A DNA stretch of 64,000 nt from Eledone cirrhosa (GCA_964016885.1 OZ024741.1:70742001-70806000); one strand, 5' to 3'. Shown: positions 1 to 14,259, numbered from the stretch's first letter. Numbers and translations: made by a program. Notes: generated by a model from the sequence alone, not told the origin.

Positions 1-332
1 GGATACAAATAGGGAATGGCAGAGCTTCAAACACATGATAGAGACAGGAGAGGGCAGAAGTTGAAAGAAAAGTTGGGCAAGGAAGGGCATATGTCCAAAT
101 TCAAAAGAAAGCGAACAATTGTGGATTCAAAAAACAAATTGTGGACAAGAAGGAATTTTATGAATAAAAAAATCTAATATATATATGTGTGTGTATATAT
201 ATATGCACAGTATTGGTGTGATTGTATTAATATTAGTCATGCTTTGGAATCTTACCTAACATTCAGTTCCTCTTTGAAACAACTTACAAAAGTTAGGAAG
301 TTATAAGGTCTCTCATCCTCAAAACAACAACA

Positions 333-334
333 AT

Positions 335-393
<59 letters not shown>
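333..393. repeat. (TAA)n microsatellite, 5' flank of the R4/Dong-like element
   Basis: Direct taataataa run. Confidence 0.95.
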
Positions 394-396
<3 letters not shown>

Positions 397-2520
397 AAGG
401 CTAGGGAAGCACCTAAATGATTGTGTAGTACAAGACATTCCAAGCTGGATGGTTGAAAGAAAGACAACTTTGATAATGAAGGACAAAAAGAAAAGTCCAT
501 TAGTTTAAAATTACAGGCCAATTGATGCTGGGATTTGCTTTGGAAGCTATTGACTGGTATCTTTGCTGCAAAAGTGTATGAACACTTGCTTCAGAATGAA
601 ATGATACCTGTCGAGCAGAAGGGATGTAGGAAAAATTCCCAGTGAACCAAAAACCATCTTGCGATCATGAATAACTGCAAAAGATGTCTACAGAATTTAT
701 GTATGGCTTGGATAGACTCTAAGAAAGCCTTTGGCATAGCCCCACATTCATGGATATCGAAATTTTTGAGAATATTTGGGATAGCAGACTGTAATATTAA
801 TGTAATGGAGTCTAGTATGCCTTTGTGGAAGACAAACCTGTGTGCAGGAAATAAACATCTGGGTGTGCCAATATAAGAAGAGGAATATTTCAAGGAGATT
901 CCTTCATACCATTGCTTTTTGTGATTGCCATGATTCCATTATCAAAGGTCTTATGACATACAGATATTGACTATCAGATGGAAAACAGAGGATCTGAGGT
1001 CAATCATCTACTTTTCATAGATGATGAAGCTCTTTGGCAGGAATGAATCTCAGGTTGACTAGTTGGTCAAAACTGTCGACTGGTGTTGTGGGGACATTGG
1101 GATGGAGTTTAGTATTACAAAGTGTGCCACCCTAACTATGATAGAGGTAGGCATGTACATAGTGGTGGGACTAAGTTACCTGATAGAGAGTTGATTTATG
1201 ACCCTGAGGGGTATAAATATCTGGGTATTTTGGAGCTTGATAAAGTTCTAAATTAGAAGATGAAAGGAAAGTTGAAGGAAGTTTATTTAAATAGGTTAGA
1301 ACTATTACTGAAAACGAAATTGAATGAGAACTTAATTACTGCTATCAATGTCTGAGCTGTGCCAGTAATTGGATATTGTGTGAATATTTTGAATTGAACC
1401 AAAGAAGAGATAGAAAAGTTGGATATACTAATGTATAAGAAAATACTTAACAGTGGCACATTGCATCCAAAGGCAAATGGCATAAGGTTATGTATACTAT
1501 GTATACCACAGAACTTAGGAGGTCAAGAACTTGTAAATGTGAAAGATTGCATGGTTAATGAATGCAGATTCTTATACTTGTATTTGGCCAGTAGTAAAGA
1601 AGAACTTTTAATGTTGCCAAAAGCAGAGACCTATGCATTGATACTATTGAAAGTAAAGAAACTTTTTAAAAAAGAGACTGCTGGTGGACAAATGAGCACA
1701 ATGGAGAATATAGAATTACATGGTGAATTTGAAAGAGAAACAAAGGAAGTAAAAATAGGATCTTCATGAAATTGGTTGACAAAAGGTGAGCTTAAAAGAG
1801 AGACAGAAAGTTTATTAATAACTGCTCAAGATCAAGCACTAAACACAAATGGGATAAGGAATATGTATAAGCCAGATGAAACAAATGAGTGTAGGTTATG
1901 TGGGAAGAAGGTGGAAAGTGTGACACATACTGTGAGTGCCTGTGGCATGCTTGCATAGAGGGAATATAAAAGATGTCACAATAAAGTGTATTTATACCTT
2001 CATTGGTCTTTATGTAAGAAATATGGGTTTGTAATTATTCAGAAATGGTATCAGCACAAACCAGAGAAGGTCCTAGAAAATCAGACTGTGAGACTCTTGT
2101 GGGACTTTACAATCCAAATGGATAGAGTTCTTGAAAATACAAGGCCAGGCATAACTTTGGTGGAGAAAGGTAATGAAAGGTGTTTGTTGATCAATGTAGC
2201 TTGTCCAGGATACAGTTCCATCAATGGTGAAGAACACGAGAAAATTGTAAATTATGTAGACTTGAGAATAGAGGTCGAGAGAATATGGGTTATAAAAGCA
2301 AGAATGATACCACTTGTGACTGGAGCACTTGGGTCAGTGACAGAAAACCTCCAGAAAAACCTTGATAGAATTGGAATCAGTCCCAGCATTATGTCATTGC
2401 AAAAAACAACACTTTTGAGAACAGCAAATATCCTGCAGAAAGTATTATCTCAGAAGTTGCATAATTGATAGGAAGTCAATTAAATAATCCAGTGTTAAAT
2501 AGATCGTCACTGGGCAAATG
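394..2520 (+). mobile_element. Decayed 5'-truncated non-LTR retrotransposon with restriction-like endonuclease (R4/Dong-like)
   Basis: Broken frames give RT motifs (EQKGCRK, NLCMAWIDSKKAF, RGIFQGDS, NHLLFIDD), a CCHC knuckle (CRLCGKKVESVTHTVSAC) and an RLE region (LLWDFTIQ..NTRPGI..INVACP..PLVTGALG). Many stops and frameshifts; (TAA)n on both sides. Confidence 0.9.
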
Positions 2521-2565
2521 AATAATAATAATAATAATAAAAATAATAATAACAATAATATTAAC

Positions 2566-2596
<31 letters not shown>
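2521..2596. repeat. (TAA)n microsatellite, 3' flank
   Basis: Direct aataataat run with a few aac units. Confidence 0.95.
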
Positions 2597-2797
2597 GATC
2601 AATTTTGAAACCATTCCAAAAGAAAGATGAACCTGATTCAAAAATAGGATTGTTGAGGAGAGGAGACCATATTCAAGTGTGATTTATTGTTAAATATGTT
2701 ATTTCTTTTCAGTTACCATTCCGCTGCTAAAAGGGCCCCTTCCCTGCACAAGTTAAAGAAACAGGAAGCGAAAAAAGGGGAAAGAAGTTTGTTTATA

Positions 2798-2834
<37 letters not shown>

Positions 2835-2859
2835 TATATATAAATATATATATATATAT

Positions 2860-3172
2860 CTAGGGAGTGTAACTTGGAGTTACTGCAGGTTCACCCGGGT
2901 GAGCACTCGATGTTTAGGTTCACTTCTGTGTTGAGGTGTAGAGCTAGACAGAGTGTATTATATTGAAAGGATAACAAGGACGATTGGTTACTCCTTCATT
3001 ACATTTATTGGTAGGTGACGCGCGTTTCGCCACTGATCAACTCAAGGTTCGATCTGTATCGATCTTACTCGACTCGAGCTGCCGATTATTGAGCTGATCA
3101 GTGGCGAAACGCGCATCACCTACCAATAAATGTAATGAAGGAGTAACCAATCGTCCTTGTTATCCTTTCAAT
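2860..3172. mobile_element. TA-flanked insert with ~85-bp inverted arms (about 2961-3045 and 3089-3172); probable Penelope-like pLTR fragment
   Basis: Near-perfect reverse-complement arms containing a GAAAC-gcgc-GTC hammerhead 3' half; a related fragment lies at about 17640-17725. Confidence 0.6.
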
Positions 3173-3200
3173 ATATATATATATAAATATATATAAATAT

Positions 3201-3251
<51 letters not shown>

Positions 3252-3254
3252 AAT

Positions 3255-3421
<167 letters not shown>

Positions 3422-3475
3422 ATGGAATACTGTTAGCTTCTCGCTACAACAATTTCTATACTTTTCCTTTTCATT

Positions 3476-3527
<52 letters not shown>

Positions 3528-3532
<5 letters not shown>

Positions 3533-3718
3533 AAACAAAGGAAATGTGGTAAGGAACCAGGTGGACCATAACGCACCAAACTACTCAATACTTAGGGTAG
3601 TAGAGTGGGTAATAGGAACGAGTAGGACCCCGACGGCTGAGCTCAAGCCGTTTTGACGGCTAATTCTGGACTTGAAACGGCTTGAGCTCAACTGTCGGGG
3701 GTCCTACTCGTTCCTATA
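3528..3718. mobile_element. TA-flanked insert with ~42-bp inverted arms (about 3612-3654 and 3675-3718)
   Basis: ataggaacgagtaggacccc... and its reverse complement; GAAAC...GTC stem-III-like half. Confidence 0.55.
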
Positions 3719-3737
3719 TATATATAAATATATAAAT

Positions 3738-3768
<31 letters not shown>

Positions 3769-3773
3769 GATAT

Positions 3774-3860
<87 letters not shown>

Positions 3861-3867
3861 TATATAT

Positions 3868-4012
<145 letters not shown>

Positions 4013-4149
4013 TAAGGATTAAAATACTGGAGCATGTTGGAGTTAAACACCCTCTTCGTATTATAGAAATGACAGTAAAAGGTATAGCTCAGAGCCGAAG
4101 AATTATGAAAATAAAACAAAGAAGCCTTCAATACATCAAAAGTCTTTAT

Positions 4150-4191
4150 TAGCCAACACTGTTTCGTCCTATTAAGGACTCATCAGGGCTA
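4150..4191 (-). ncRNA. Minimal type I hammerhead ribozyme
   Basis: Minus strand reads TAGCC CTGATGA GTCC ttaata GGAC GAAAC agt GT T GGCTA: stem I, core, stem II and a short stem III. Confidence 0.8.
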
Positions 4192-5231
4192 TTAAAACAA
4201 CAAGAAGTACTGTCGGCCAATACAAGCCGAAAACTCCGAAGAATATGGAGTGTACATACACTAAAGTATTGCAAGATTATGGGTAAAAATTTATAATAAA
4301 AATCACTAAGGAGGTGTATAACATTTAGAACCATATTACAAATATAGTCCAAAGCAAAAAAACCTAGAGCTAAACAAAGGTGGTTATATAGAGCGGGAAT
4401 TATATATAATACTATATAATATAATATAATATACTTGTAACAATATTAAGATTACAATAAAAATTAAAAGGCACAATATATTACATTATATATCATGTAA
4501 GATGTTTATATTTTTGTACCATCATAATTTTGGGTATTGTACAATTTATATTTTTTTCTCACCTACTCTGTAACTCTATATGAATTGATTTGTTAACTTA
4601 CATGCCATTATATATTATATATTATATATGTTATTATATTATTATTATAGTATTATTGTGACATCTATATTGTTTGTGTAAATTAACCGGAGATTATCTA
4701 TTATATTATATTATATAGTATATAATTATATAGTTTATTATATATTATATGTGTTACTTTTAATCATTTTATTACTTCATGTATATTAGATATACGTATT
4801 ATTATTATTATTATTATTTTTATTCCTATCATGCTTATTTATATTTAAACTCTTAATAAGGTTTAATTTCTGCTGTTAAAGATGGATATGTGTATTGATG
4901 TATATGTATATGTGTGTACGTGTGCGTACATATATACATATGTATATTGTGCCTTTTAATTTTTATTGTAATCTTAATATTGTTACAAGTATATTATATT
5001 ATATTATATAGTATTATATATAATTCCTGCTCTATATAACCACCTTTGTTTAGCTCTAGGTTTTTTTGCTTTGGACTATATTTGTAATATGGTTCTAAAT
5101 GTTATACACCTCCTTAGTGATTTTTATTATATATTTTTACCCATAATCTTGCAATACTTTAGTGTATGTACACTCCATATTCTTCGGAGTTTTCGGCTTG
5201 TATTGGCCGACAGTACTTCTTGTTGTTTTAA

Positions 5232-5273
5232 TTGCCCTGATGAGTCCTTAATAGGACGAAACATTGTTGGCTA
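5232..5273 (+). ncRNA. Minimal type I hammerhead ribozyme (mirror of 4150-4191)
   Basis: ttGCC CTGATGA GTCC ttaata GGAC GAAAC att GT T GGCta. Confidence 0.78.
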
Positions 5274-5316
5274 ATAAAGACTTTTGATGTATTGAAGGCT
5301 TCTTTGTTTTATTTTC

Positions 5317-5390
<74 letters not shown>

Positions 5391-5412
5391 TATAAATATA
5401 TATATATATATA

Positions 5413-5538
<126 letters not shown>

Positions 5539-5539
5539 T

Positions 5540-5635
5540 GGTCTGTTGGAGATGCAGGATATGGCAGCAATAATGAGGGACAGAGACCGCTGGAGAGAAC
5601 TCGTCCATGGATCTCGGGAATTTTACCCGCCTTAG
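5540..5635 (+). mobile_element. ~96-bp 3' fragment of the LINE at 51004-53816
   Basis: Encodes [31 protein letters not shown], nearly identical to that element's C-terminus; TA tracts on both sides. Confidence 0.9.
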
Positions 5636-5777
5636 ATATATATAAATATATATATGTATAAATATATATATGTATAAATATATATATATGTATAAATATA
5701 TATATGTATAAATATATATATATGTATAAATATATATATATGTATAAATATATATATATATAAATAAATATATATAT

Positions 5778-5808
<31 letters not shown>

Positions 5809-6039
5809 AATATATATATAAATATATATATATAAATATATATATGTATAAATATATATATATGTATAAATATATATATGTATAAATATATATATATGTA
5901 TAAATATATATATATGTATAAATATATATATATATAAATATATATATATATAAATATATATATATATAAATATATATATATATAAATATATATATATATA
6001 AATATATATATATATAAATATATATATATAAATATATAT

Positions 6040-7185
6040 GTAAAAGTTCTATTTAAATTGTTGGGATTCAACAAGCAAATATTTTTATAACTGATATAAA
6101 GCACTCAATAAATATTTGGAGTAAAAATACGATATTAACAAATGGAAACTATATTTATAAAACCATATTTATTTCATTATACTTATTTCAAGGACACCAA
6201 GTTAAATTACGGTGTGATAAAATATAATATAGATCAGTTTTATAAATAAATATTGACATACCCTTAAAGAATGCAACCATTACTGATGGAAGCTCCCGGA
6301 TAGTGGAGTTGTAGCTTAATTATATTATTAGTATTGGATATTTTTAAAATAAGCCGTTGGGTTATGGAGAAAGAGAAAGAGAGAGAAAGAACAGAACAAC
6401 AGAGAGAGAAATATAGAGAGAGGAGTCAGAGAAAATGAAAGAGAACGAAAAACTCTAAGTCATATCTTGTTGAGTTATCTTAACAATTGAGATGAAATGA
6501 ATAAATAAAATTAGAAATGTTAATAATCATGAATGGAATATACATATATAATATGAGAAATTTAACCATTGTTGAAATATGATTAGATGTTTAGTTAATC
6601 AGTTAAATATTGAGATCAATATATTAAAAAATTGGGATCTATATATTAAAGATATAATATTTAGATCTTTAATAATATATGGATTTCTTAATATATAGAT
6701 CCCAATTTTTTAATATATTGATCTCAATATTTAACTGATTAACTAAACATCTAATCATATTTCAACAATGGTTAAATTTCTCATATTATATATGTATATT
6801 CCATTCATGATTATTAACATTTCTAATTTTATTTATTCATTTCATCTCAATTGTTAAGTTAACTCAACAAGATATGACTTAGAGTTTTTCGTTCTCTCTC
6901 TTTCCTTCTCTATCTTTCTCTTTCTCCGTAACCCAACGGCTTATTTTAAAAATATCCAATACTAACTTTCCTAATAATATAATTAAAGCTACAACTCCAC
7001 TATCCGGGAGCTTCCAACAGTAATGGTTGCATTCTTTAAGGGTATGTCAATATTTATTTATAAAACTGATCTATATTATATTTTATCTGATGAAAGCACA
7101 CCATAATTTAACTTGGTGTACTTGAAATATGTATAATGAAATAAATATGGTTTTATAAATATAGTTTCCATTTGTTAATATCGTA
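6040..7185. mobile_element. TA-flanked insert with ~500-bp inverted arms (about 6128-6650 and 6688-7185); Penelope-like pLTR pair
   Basis: Arms are reverse complements with a few indels. The right arm has a hammerhead; the left arm has lost its CTGATGA by a small deletion. Confidence 0.75.
7080..7142 (+). ncRNA. Type I hammerhead ribozyme
   Basis: ATTTTAT CTGATGA AAGcACACCA..TGGTGTaCTT GAAA TAtgTA T A ATGAAAT. Confidence 0.7.
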
Positions 7186-7196
7186 TATATATATAA

Positions 7197-7229
<33 letters not shown>

Positions 7230-7250
7230 AATATATAGCATACTAAATAT

Positions 7251-7281
<31 letters not shown>

Positions 7282-7318
7282 AATATATATATAAATATAT
7301 CCCTAGCATACTAAATAT

Positions 7319-7367
<49 letters not shown>

Positions 7368-7501
7368 AATATATATATAAATATAAATATAAATATATAT
7401 ATATATATAGTAATAATAATAAATTTGAAGACTAAAATCCAAAGAGGGCTCGATAAGGATAAATATATATCAAATATATAAGAACCGTAGAGCAAATATT
7501 T

Positions 7502-7577
7502 ACAGATTGACTTTGTTAGTTTCAGAAGATCCCGTTAAGGGTGAAAGCAGCGATTCTTTGCTTAAACTTTAATCTGT
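7502..7577 (+). ncRNA. Hammerhead-like fold with non-canonical core (CAGAAGA)
   Basis: Stem I ACAGATT..AGTTT / AAACT..AATCTGT; stem II CCC-gttaa-GGG; GAAA; stem III AGCA/TGCT. Confidence 0.55.
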
Positions 7578-7586
7578 TATTTTAAT

Positions 7587-7667
<81 letters not shown>

Positions 7668-7714
7668 TATATATATATATATAAATATATATATAAATAT
7701 ATAAATATATATAT

Positions 7715-8344
<630 letters not shown>

Positions 8345-8349
8345 TATAT

Positions 8350-8404
<55 letters not shown>

Positions 8405-8408
8405 AATA

Positions 8409-8442
<34 letters not shown>

Positions 8443-8459
8443 AATAAATATATATATAT

Positions 8460-8615
<156 letters not shown>

Positions 8616-8805
8616 TATATATAAATATATAAATATATATATAAATATATATATATAAATATATATATAAATATATAAATATATATATAAATATATATAT
8701 ATAAATATATATATATAAATATATATATATAAATATATATATATAAATAAATATATATATATAAATATATATATATAAATATATATATATAAATATATAT
8801 ATATA

Positions 8806-8841
<36 letters not shown>

Positions 8842-8842
8842 A

Positions 8843-8873
<31 letters not shown>

Positions 8874-8958
8874 CATACACAAACATTTATATGTGTATAT
8901 ATATATATACACACACCGATGTATATATATTTTTTTATAAGTAAACATACATACACAC

Positions 8959-9002
<44 letters not shown>

Positions 9003-9044
9003 TATAAATATATATATATAGATATATATAAATATATATATATA

Positions 9045-9720
9045 AGAGGGTGTTAAAGTTTGCTTGAAGCATTGTGAAATGTGTAAAATACGTAGTTTAG
9101 AAAGCCACAACAATGCAGAGGGAAATCTCGAGGTAGGAAGTGAATGATAGATAAGAGAAATAGGAGAAAGTGAAAATAGAGAGAGACAAAGATGAAAACA
9201 AAACAAAGGTAGAAGGGTTACCGTAGTGGAGATTTAATCCCAATATTTCGGGCTCACGCCCATCAACGGGGGAAAGTTCCAAAGGGGAGGAACAGGCTAA
9301 GCGGAGAAAGTTGTGATGTCGTTAAAACAGGAATGCCGTTATGGGGAGAAAAATTATTTAAAATTTAAATGAGGGAAAGAATGCGCGTGCGCGTGATAGG
9401 CTGTGGCAAAAGCTACTGACCAAATGGGTTAAATCAAGAGGGTGCGTTAGCGTGTGAAAGCCGTAAAATATGTGTGTGTAAATATATATGTGTGTGTAAC
9501 TGTGTGTGTATATGTGTAAGTGTGTAACTTTCCCCCGTTGATGGGCGTGAGCCCGAAATATTGGGATTAAATCTCCACTACGGTAACCCTTCTACCTTTG
9601 TTTTGTTTTCATCTTTGTCTCTCTCTATTTTCACTTTCTCCTATTTCTCTTATCTATCATTCACTTCCTACCTCGAGATTTCCCTCTGCATTGTTGTGGC
9701 TTTCTAAACTACGTATTTTA
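9045..9720. mobile_element. TA-flanked insert with 195-bp inverted arms (9084-9278 and 9526-9720); Penelope-like 3' region
   Basis: Reverse-complement arms; 9057-9117 resembles the end of the PLE relic at 14270-14335; degenerate hammerhead-like motif at 9531-9566. Confidence 0.65.
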
Positions 9721-9751
9721 TATATATATATATATATATATAAATATATAA

Positions 9752-9792
<41 letters not shown>

Positions 9793-9801
9793 TATAAATA
9801 T

Positions 9802-9936
<135 letters not shown>

Positions 9937-9954
9937 AATGTTTGTGTATATATA

Positions 9955-9986
<32 letters not shown>

Positions 9987-10680
9987 CATACACAAACATT
10001 TATATGTATATATATTTTTTTATAAGTAAACATACATACACACATATTATATATATATATATAATTATATCAAACATGCCAGCTACTTTGTTCAGATAAA
10101 GCATCACCACAACTCAAACATGTTGAAACAGTTCCAGTATTATTTTGCTGTTGTTTTTGTTGTTACGTTCATCAACATCGCTGGCCTTGGTGTCATCATG
10201 ATCATCACCATCATTATAAACATCTCTTTCATCATGATCATCATCATCAGAGTGTTCTTGTAGTAAATCTGACACTAAACTGACGATGTAACAATTCCTC
10301 ACATTGAAAATATACATACAGGCAACAGCTACCGAAAAAGCCAGATTTTTTTCCGCACCTTAGTGTTTTTAGCTCCTTTAGCTTGTTGTTCAGGGGTGGT
10401 GGCTCCTCCCTACATGAAATACCAGAAGAGAATAAAAAAAATAGGGGGACGCATACAGAAACATTTATGAAAAGTAAGTGAAAATAAAATAAATTTTAAT
10501 TAGAGATCTGCCTATTTGCTATGAGGCAATGAGGCAGGTTGAAGTAAACAAAGTATTGTGAAATATATTAATAATAATTTGAAATGTGTGCCTCCCAACA
10601 CAAATGACTATATTAATAGTCAATCACTATAAATGTTGGTAAATAAAAATGAACAGAGGCATTTCTGTCCACTTTTTTTA

Positions 10681-11396
10681 CCATTTCCAAGTGTACTTAA
10701 TTGAATTTTCTAAACTATTATTATAGTAATCAACTATTAATATGATCATTTGCATTGGGATGCACACATTTTCCCAATAGTAATAATAATATTTTAATAG
10801 TAATATAATACTATTAATATTGATAGCATTTTGTAATAAAATATCAAATATTTGATAATTATATTAGTAATAAATAATATTTAATGATAAATATGATAGT
10901 AATATTATTAATAATATAAATTACAATATTGATATTTAATAGAAAAAAAAAAGAATTAGTAATCATCGTCATCATTTTATGATGATGATGATTACTAATT
11001 CTTTTTTAATATAATTATCAAATATTTGATATTTTATTACAAAATGCTATCAATATTAATAGTATTATATTACTATTAAAATATTATTATTATTAGGGCG
11101 GTGAATTGGCAGTATCGGTAGAGGGTCGGACACCATGCTTTGACGCATAGAGTTACGGCCCTTGCCATTCTGAGTTCAAATCCCGCCGAGGTTAACTTTG
11201 CCTTTCATCCTTACGGGGGTCGATAAAATAAAGTACCAGTAATGTACAGGGTAATTGCTGGCCTTGTGCCAATAGTAGAAACAATTATTATTATTACTAT
11301 TGGGAAAATGTGTGCATCCCAATGCAAATGATCATATTAATAGTTGATTACTATAATAATAGTTGAGAAAATTCAATTAAGTACACTTGGAAATGG
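10681..11396. repeat. AT-rich inverted repeat (10681-10866 and 11007-11396) with a central hairpin; right arm interrupted by a SINE
   Basis: Arms match once 11096-11283 is removed; inner hairpin at about 10946-11007. Confidence 0.8.
11096..11283 (+). mobile_element. tRNA-derived SINE
   Basis: A-box-like GGCGGTGAATTGGC, B-box GAGTTCAAATCC (11172-11183), body tttgcctttcatcc..ggtcgataaaataaagtaccag, (TTA)n tail. Confidence 0.85.
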
Positions 11397-11499
11397 AAAA
11401 GTATTATGTATTAATAATATTAAATATAGTAATTATTATAAATTATAATAATTATATTTAATGGTTCCTAACATGAGAAAATGGCCAATAATTTATTGG

Positions 11500-11590
11500 G
11501 TGGAGAGAGTCACTTATATGGTACTTTATTTTTTTGACCCCTGAAGAATTATAGGAAAAGTTAACCTTAATAGGATTTGAGATTAGAATC
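11500..11590 (-). mobile_element. Degenerate fragment of the same SINE
   Basis: gtactttattt..gacccc..aaagttaacct..ggatttga is the reverse complement of the SINE body and B-box. Confidence 0.55.
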
Positions 11591-11614
11591 TAAAAAGCCA
11601 TACTTAATTAGCTA

Positions 11615-11809
11615 GGGTGGATTAGCAGTATCGGTTAGGCATCAGACAACATGCTTCATGGTACAGAGTTATGGCCCTTTACGTTCTGAGTTCAAATCCC
11701 ACCAAGCTTTGACTTTCATCAATATGGGGTCGATGAAATAAAGTACCAGTAATGACTTCCCCTCCCCGCCAAATTATTGGCCTTGTGCCTAATTCAAACA
11801 CTTTTACAA
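11615..11809 (+). mobile_element. tRNA-derived SINE with a 10-bp target-site duplication
   Basis: Similar to 11096-11283; taattagcta at 11605-11614 and 11810-11819. Confidence 0.85.
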
Positions 11810-12187
11810 TAATTAGCTACATTCATAATAAGAAAAAGGAGCTGGAGAATACAAAGATATGATAAATTATGATGAAAATCCAAAAAACACATAAAGCAAG
11901 AATCATGCAGGTTCCATGCTGTAGCAAACTTGTTTCATTAATAATTGTTCAAAAATATATGGATTAATGTTTAGTAGGTGTTCACCTATGTTTATTTAGA
12001 TTCTCCCACGTTCATCTGTCTTCACCAACATGCATATGTGTTCATCTTTGTTCACCTGCATTCATCTAATCAAAACATGATATCTTTATGTATTAGCTGA
12101 TTGATGATTGTCTGATCTCTCTTAAAACCAATATTGAATAAATACGAAAAGGTATTCATAGAAACAAGGCAAAAATATGAAAGAATA

Positions 12188-12610
12188 TATATTTTCAGGC
12201 ATGTTTCATTCCTACATATTAGATATGTATTTATTTATATACACATTAGTGCAATCTCTTACCCACTTTGCGTTGATAGATATAACTTTATAGTACACTT
12301 TGGTTGCTAACACACTTCTTAATTAATTACCAGCAAGAGTGCCAACTATATGCAAATTAGTATGTCCATTTTAGAATAATGCTAAAAACGAATGGGTATA
12401 TTAACACATCAAATATGTTTCCTTTTGGTTGTTTAGATGATATACACACCTTCGGAAGAGGCCCCAATTAGATCATTCTTTTCAGTTTACAGGGAAATAC
12501 ATATTTTCTGGCATGTTTGCATGTCTACATATTATATATGCATATATTTGTATACACATTGGTAAGGTCTCTGTTACCCACACTGTATTTATACAGATAT
12601 AACTTTATAT
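12188..12610. repeat. Diverged ~105-bp direct repeat (about 12188-12290 and 12502-12610)
   Basis: atattttc.ggcatgttt...tacacatt...ttaccca...gatataactttata occurs twice. Confidence 0.6.
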
Positions 12611-12613
12611 ATA

Positions 12614-12900
12614 TCTTCTTCTTTGTCTACATATTCCTGAAAGGGTTGTGGGGCAGGGTCCTCAAACGCTCCTTCTAGCAGATCCTGTCAGAAGCAACCA
12701 TCTCCAATTGATCCAGTTGGATCTCCAAGTAAGACCAGCTGAGCTCATGAATGTTATCCAACCATCTTGCTTGAAGTCTTTCCCTGGGTCTCCTGTTACT
12801 TGGTTTTGCATGCAGAATCTGTCTAGCAATTCTTTCCTGAGACATTCTAACCACATGCCCATAGTATCAGAGCTGTGGTCACTTAATTCAGAGAAGTAGC
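12614..12900 (-). mobile_element. Old RTE-clade LINE 3' fragment
   Basis: Minus strand reads YYGHVVRMSQERIARQILHAKPSNRRPR..RWLDNI; short (GAA)n tail. Confidence 0.75.
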
Positions 12901-13150
12901 AGCTCTACCAGGAGTGACACTCAGATATTTTTGATACTTTTGTTTACATTTTTGTATATATGCTCTGCGAAAAACAAAACCATACAGTGATTGGATCATA
13001 CCCATTGGATTAGCTCTAGATGCTCTACACCCTTCACACCTGTGGATTATCAACTCACATTGAGCTTCAACTTTACTTTATCAAACATATAGTTGTTTTG
13101 ACACACGATTTAATATCAAAAACCTCACAAAACAAATATATGTATATATG

Positions 13151-13182
<32 letters not shown>

Positions 13183-13400
13183 TTATAAAGAGTGGGTCCT
13201 GACTCTCTATAATATAACCATACTCTACTACCCCAATTATCAAGTACTCTGTTGAGTAATGGTCTAACCAGTTTCAAATTGATTCCATCATGATTTATAT
13301 ATATATAAAATAATATAAATATACTTAAAATATGCATATATATAATCTTTTTTTTCCATTCCTTCCTTTTCTCCCTTTTTATTTTTTATTTCTCATTTTA

Positions 13401-13436
13401 TCTTCTGATGAAGGACTAATGTCAGAAATGTTAAGA
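13401..13436 (+). ncRNA. Degenerate minimal hammerhead (PLE type)
   Basis: TCTT CTGATGA agGACtaatGTCa GAAAtg T T AAGA inside a TA-flanked insert. Confidence 0.5.
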
Positions 13437-13540
13437 CTCTTTTCGTATTATTTCAAGTGTTAAATTAATATATTTCTTCAGTGTACTGTGTCATTTGCCT
13501 TGATATTTCTGTTAACATTATATATATATATATATATATA

Positions 13541-14245
13541 TAATAAGGGTTTAGATCGATATCCAGTGATTTCAATCTCATTGTTTACTATTTTATCAAC
13601 AAATTCATTTGGGGCACACATAGGAGTAATTGTAATACAACATTCTCAGTCAGAAGCCAAAGCTATGAAAACAATGTAATTATTGTATCGACAGATTAAC
13701 ATATGAGAACGTAAGTACTCACAATTTCATCAACTGAAACAGCCAGTATCCTCCTAGTTTAACACACAAAAATCAACCAGAGTACAAAAATCCATATCTA
13801 AGCCGGTACAATATTGTTTCAAATTCTATGGAGAATCTGCTGGGAATTGATTAATAATAAATCTATAACCAGCAAATTTTGGACAAGGGAATTCTCATTA
13901 GCCAGCAGTCCATTGAGGGGTTTCTGAAAATCGACTTTACTATTAAACTTTTAAGTCGGTCTCGGTATCCCATGAATGGCATTAACTGCTAGTCAGTCAG
14001 CAAATGACAGCAGCAGTGGCTGACTGGCAGGGGTTGGCGATAATGCTTAATATAGCAGCATAACTTCACCAATAGGGAGCACTCAACCATAATTAAAGAA
14101 AAGGTTTTGAGAGATAATTATAATAATAAGGGTTTAGATCGATATCCAGTGATTTCAATCTCATTATTTAAAATTTGCTCAACAAATTCATGTGGAGCAC
14201 ACACATAGGATTAATTGTAAGACAACATTCCCAGTCAGAAGCCAT
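13541..14245. repeat. TA-flanked insert bounded by ~120-bp direct repeats (13541-13659 and 14124-14245)
   Basis: taataagggtttagatcgatatccagtg...cagtcagaagcca occurs twice. Confidence 0.75.
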
Positions 14246-14259
14246 ATATATATACATTA

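Larger units (their letters stand above)
4015..5321. mobile_element. TA-flanked insert with ~380-bp inverted arms (4102-4480 and 4943-5321); Penelope-like pLTR pair
   Basis: Arms are reverse complements (mirrored 67-aa ORFs in the track); each carries a hammerhead core. Confidence 0.8.

Noticed and set aside
2703-2800. Plus-strand exon after ttcttttcag
   Set aside because: No convincing donor site before the TA tract and no recognisable peptide.
4149-5274. Twin 67-aa ORFs MDYICNMV..
   Set aside because: By-product of the inverted repeat; the conserved feature is the hammerhead, and there is no ATG at the predicted start.
10114-10317. Asp-rich 67-aa ORF
   Set aside because: Derived from (GAT)n-like low-complexity sequence; no independent support.
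11096-11190. tRNA gene
   Set aside because: The A and B boxes belong to a SINE head that continues into a shared body and tail; no cloverleaf.
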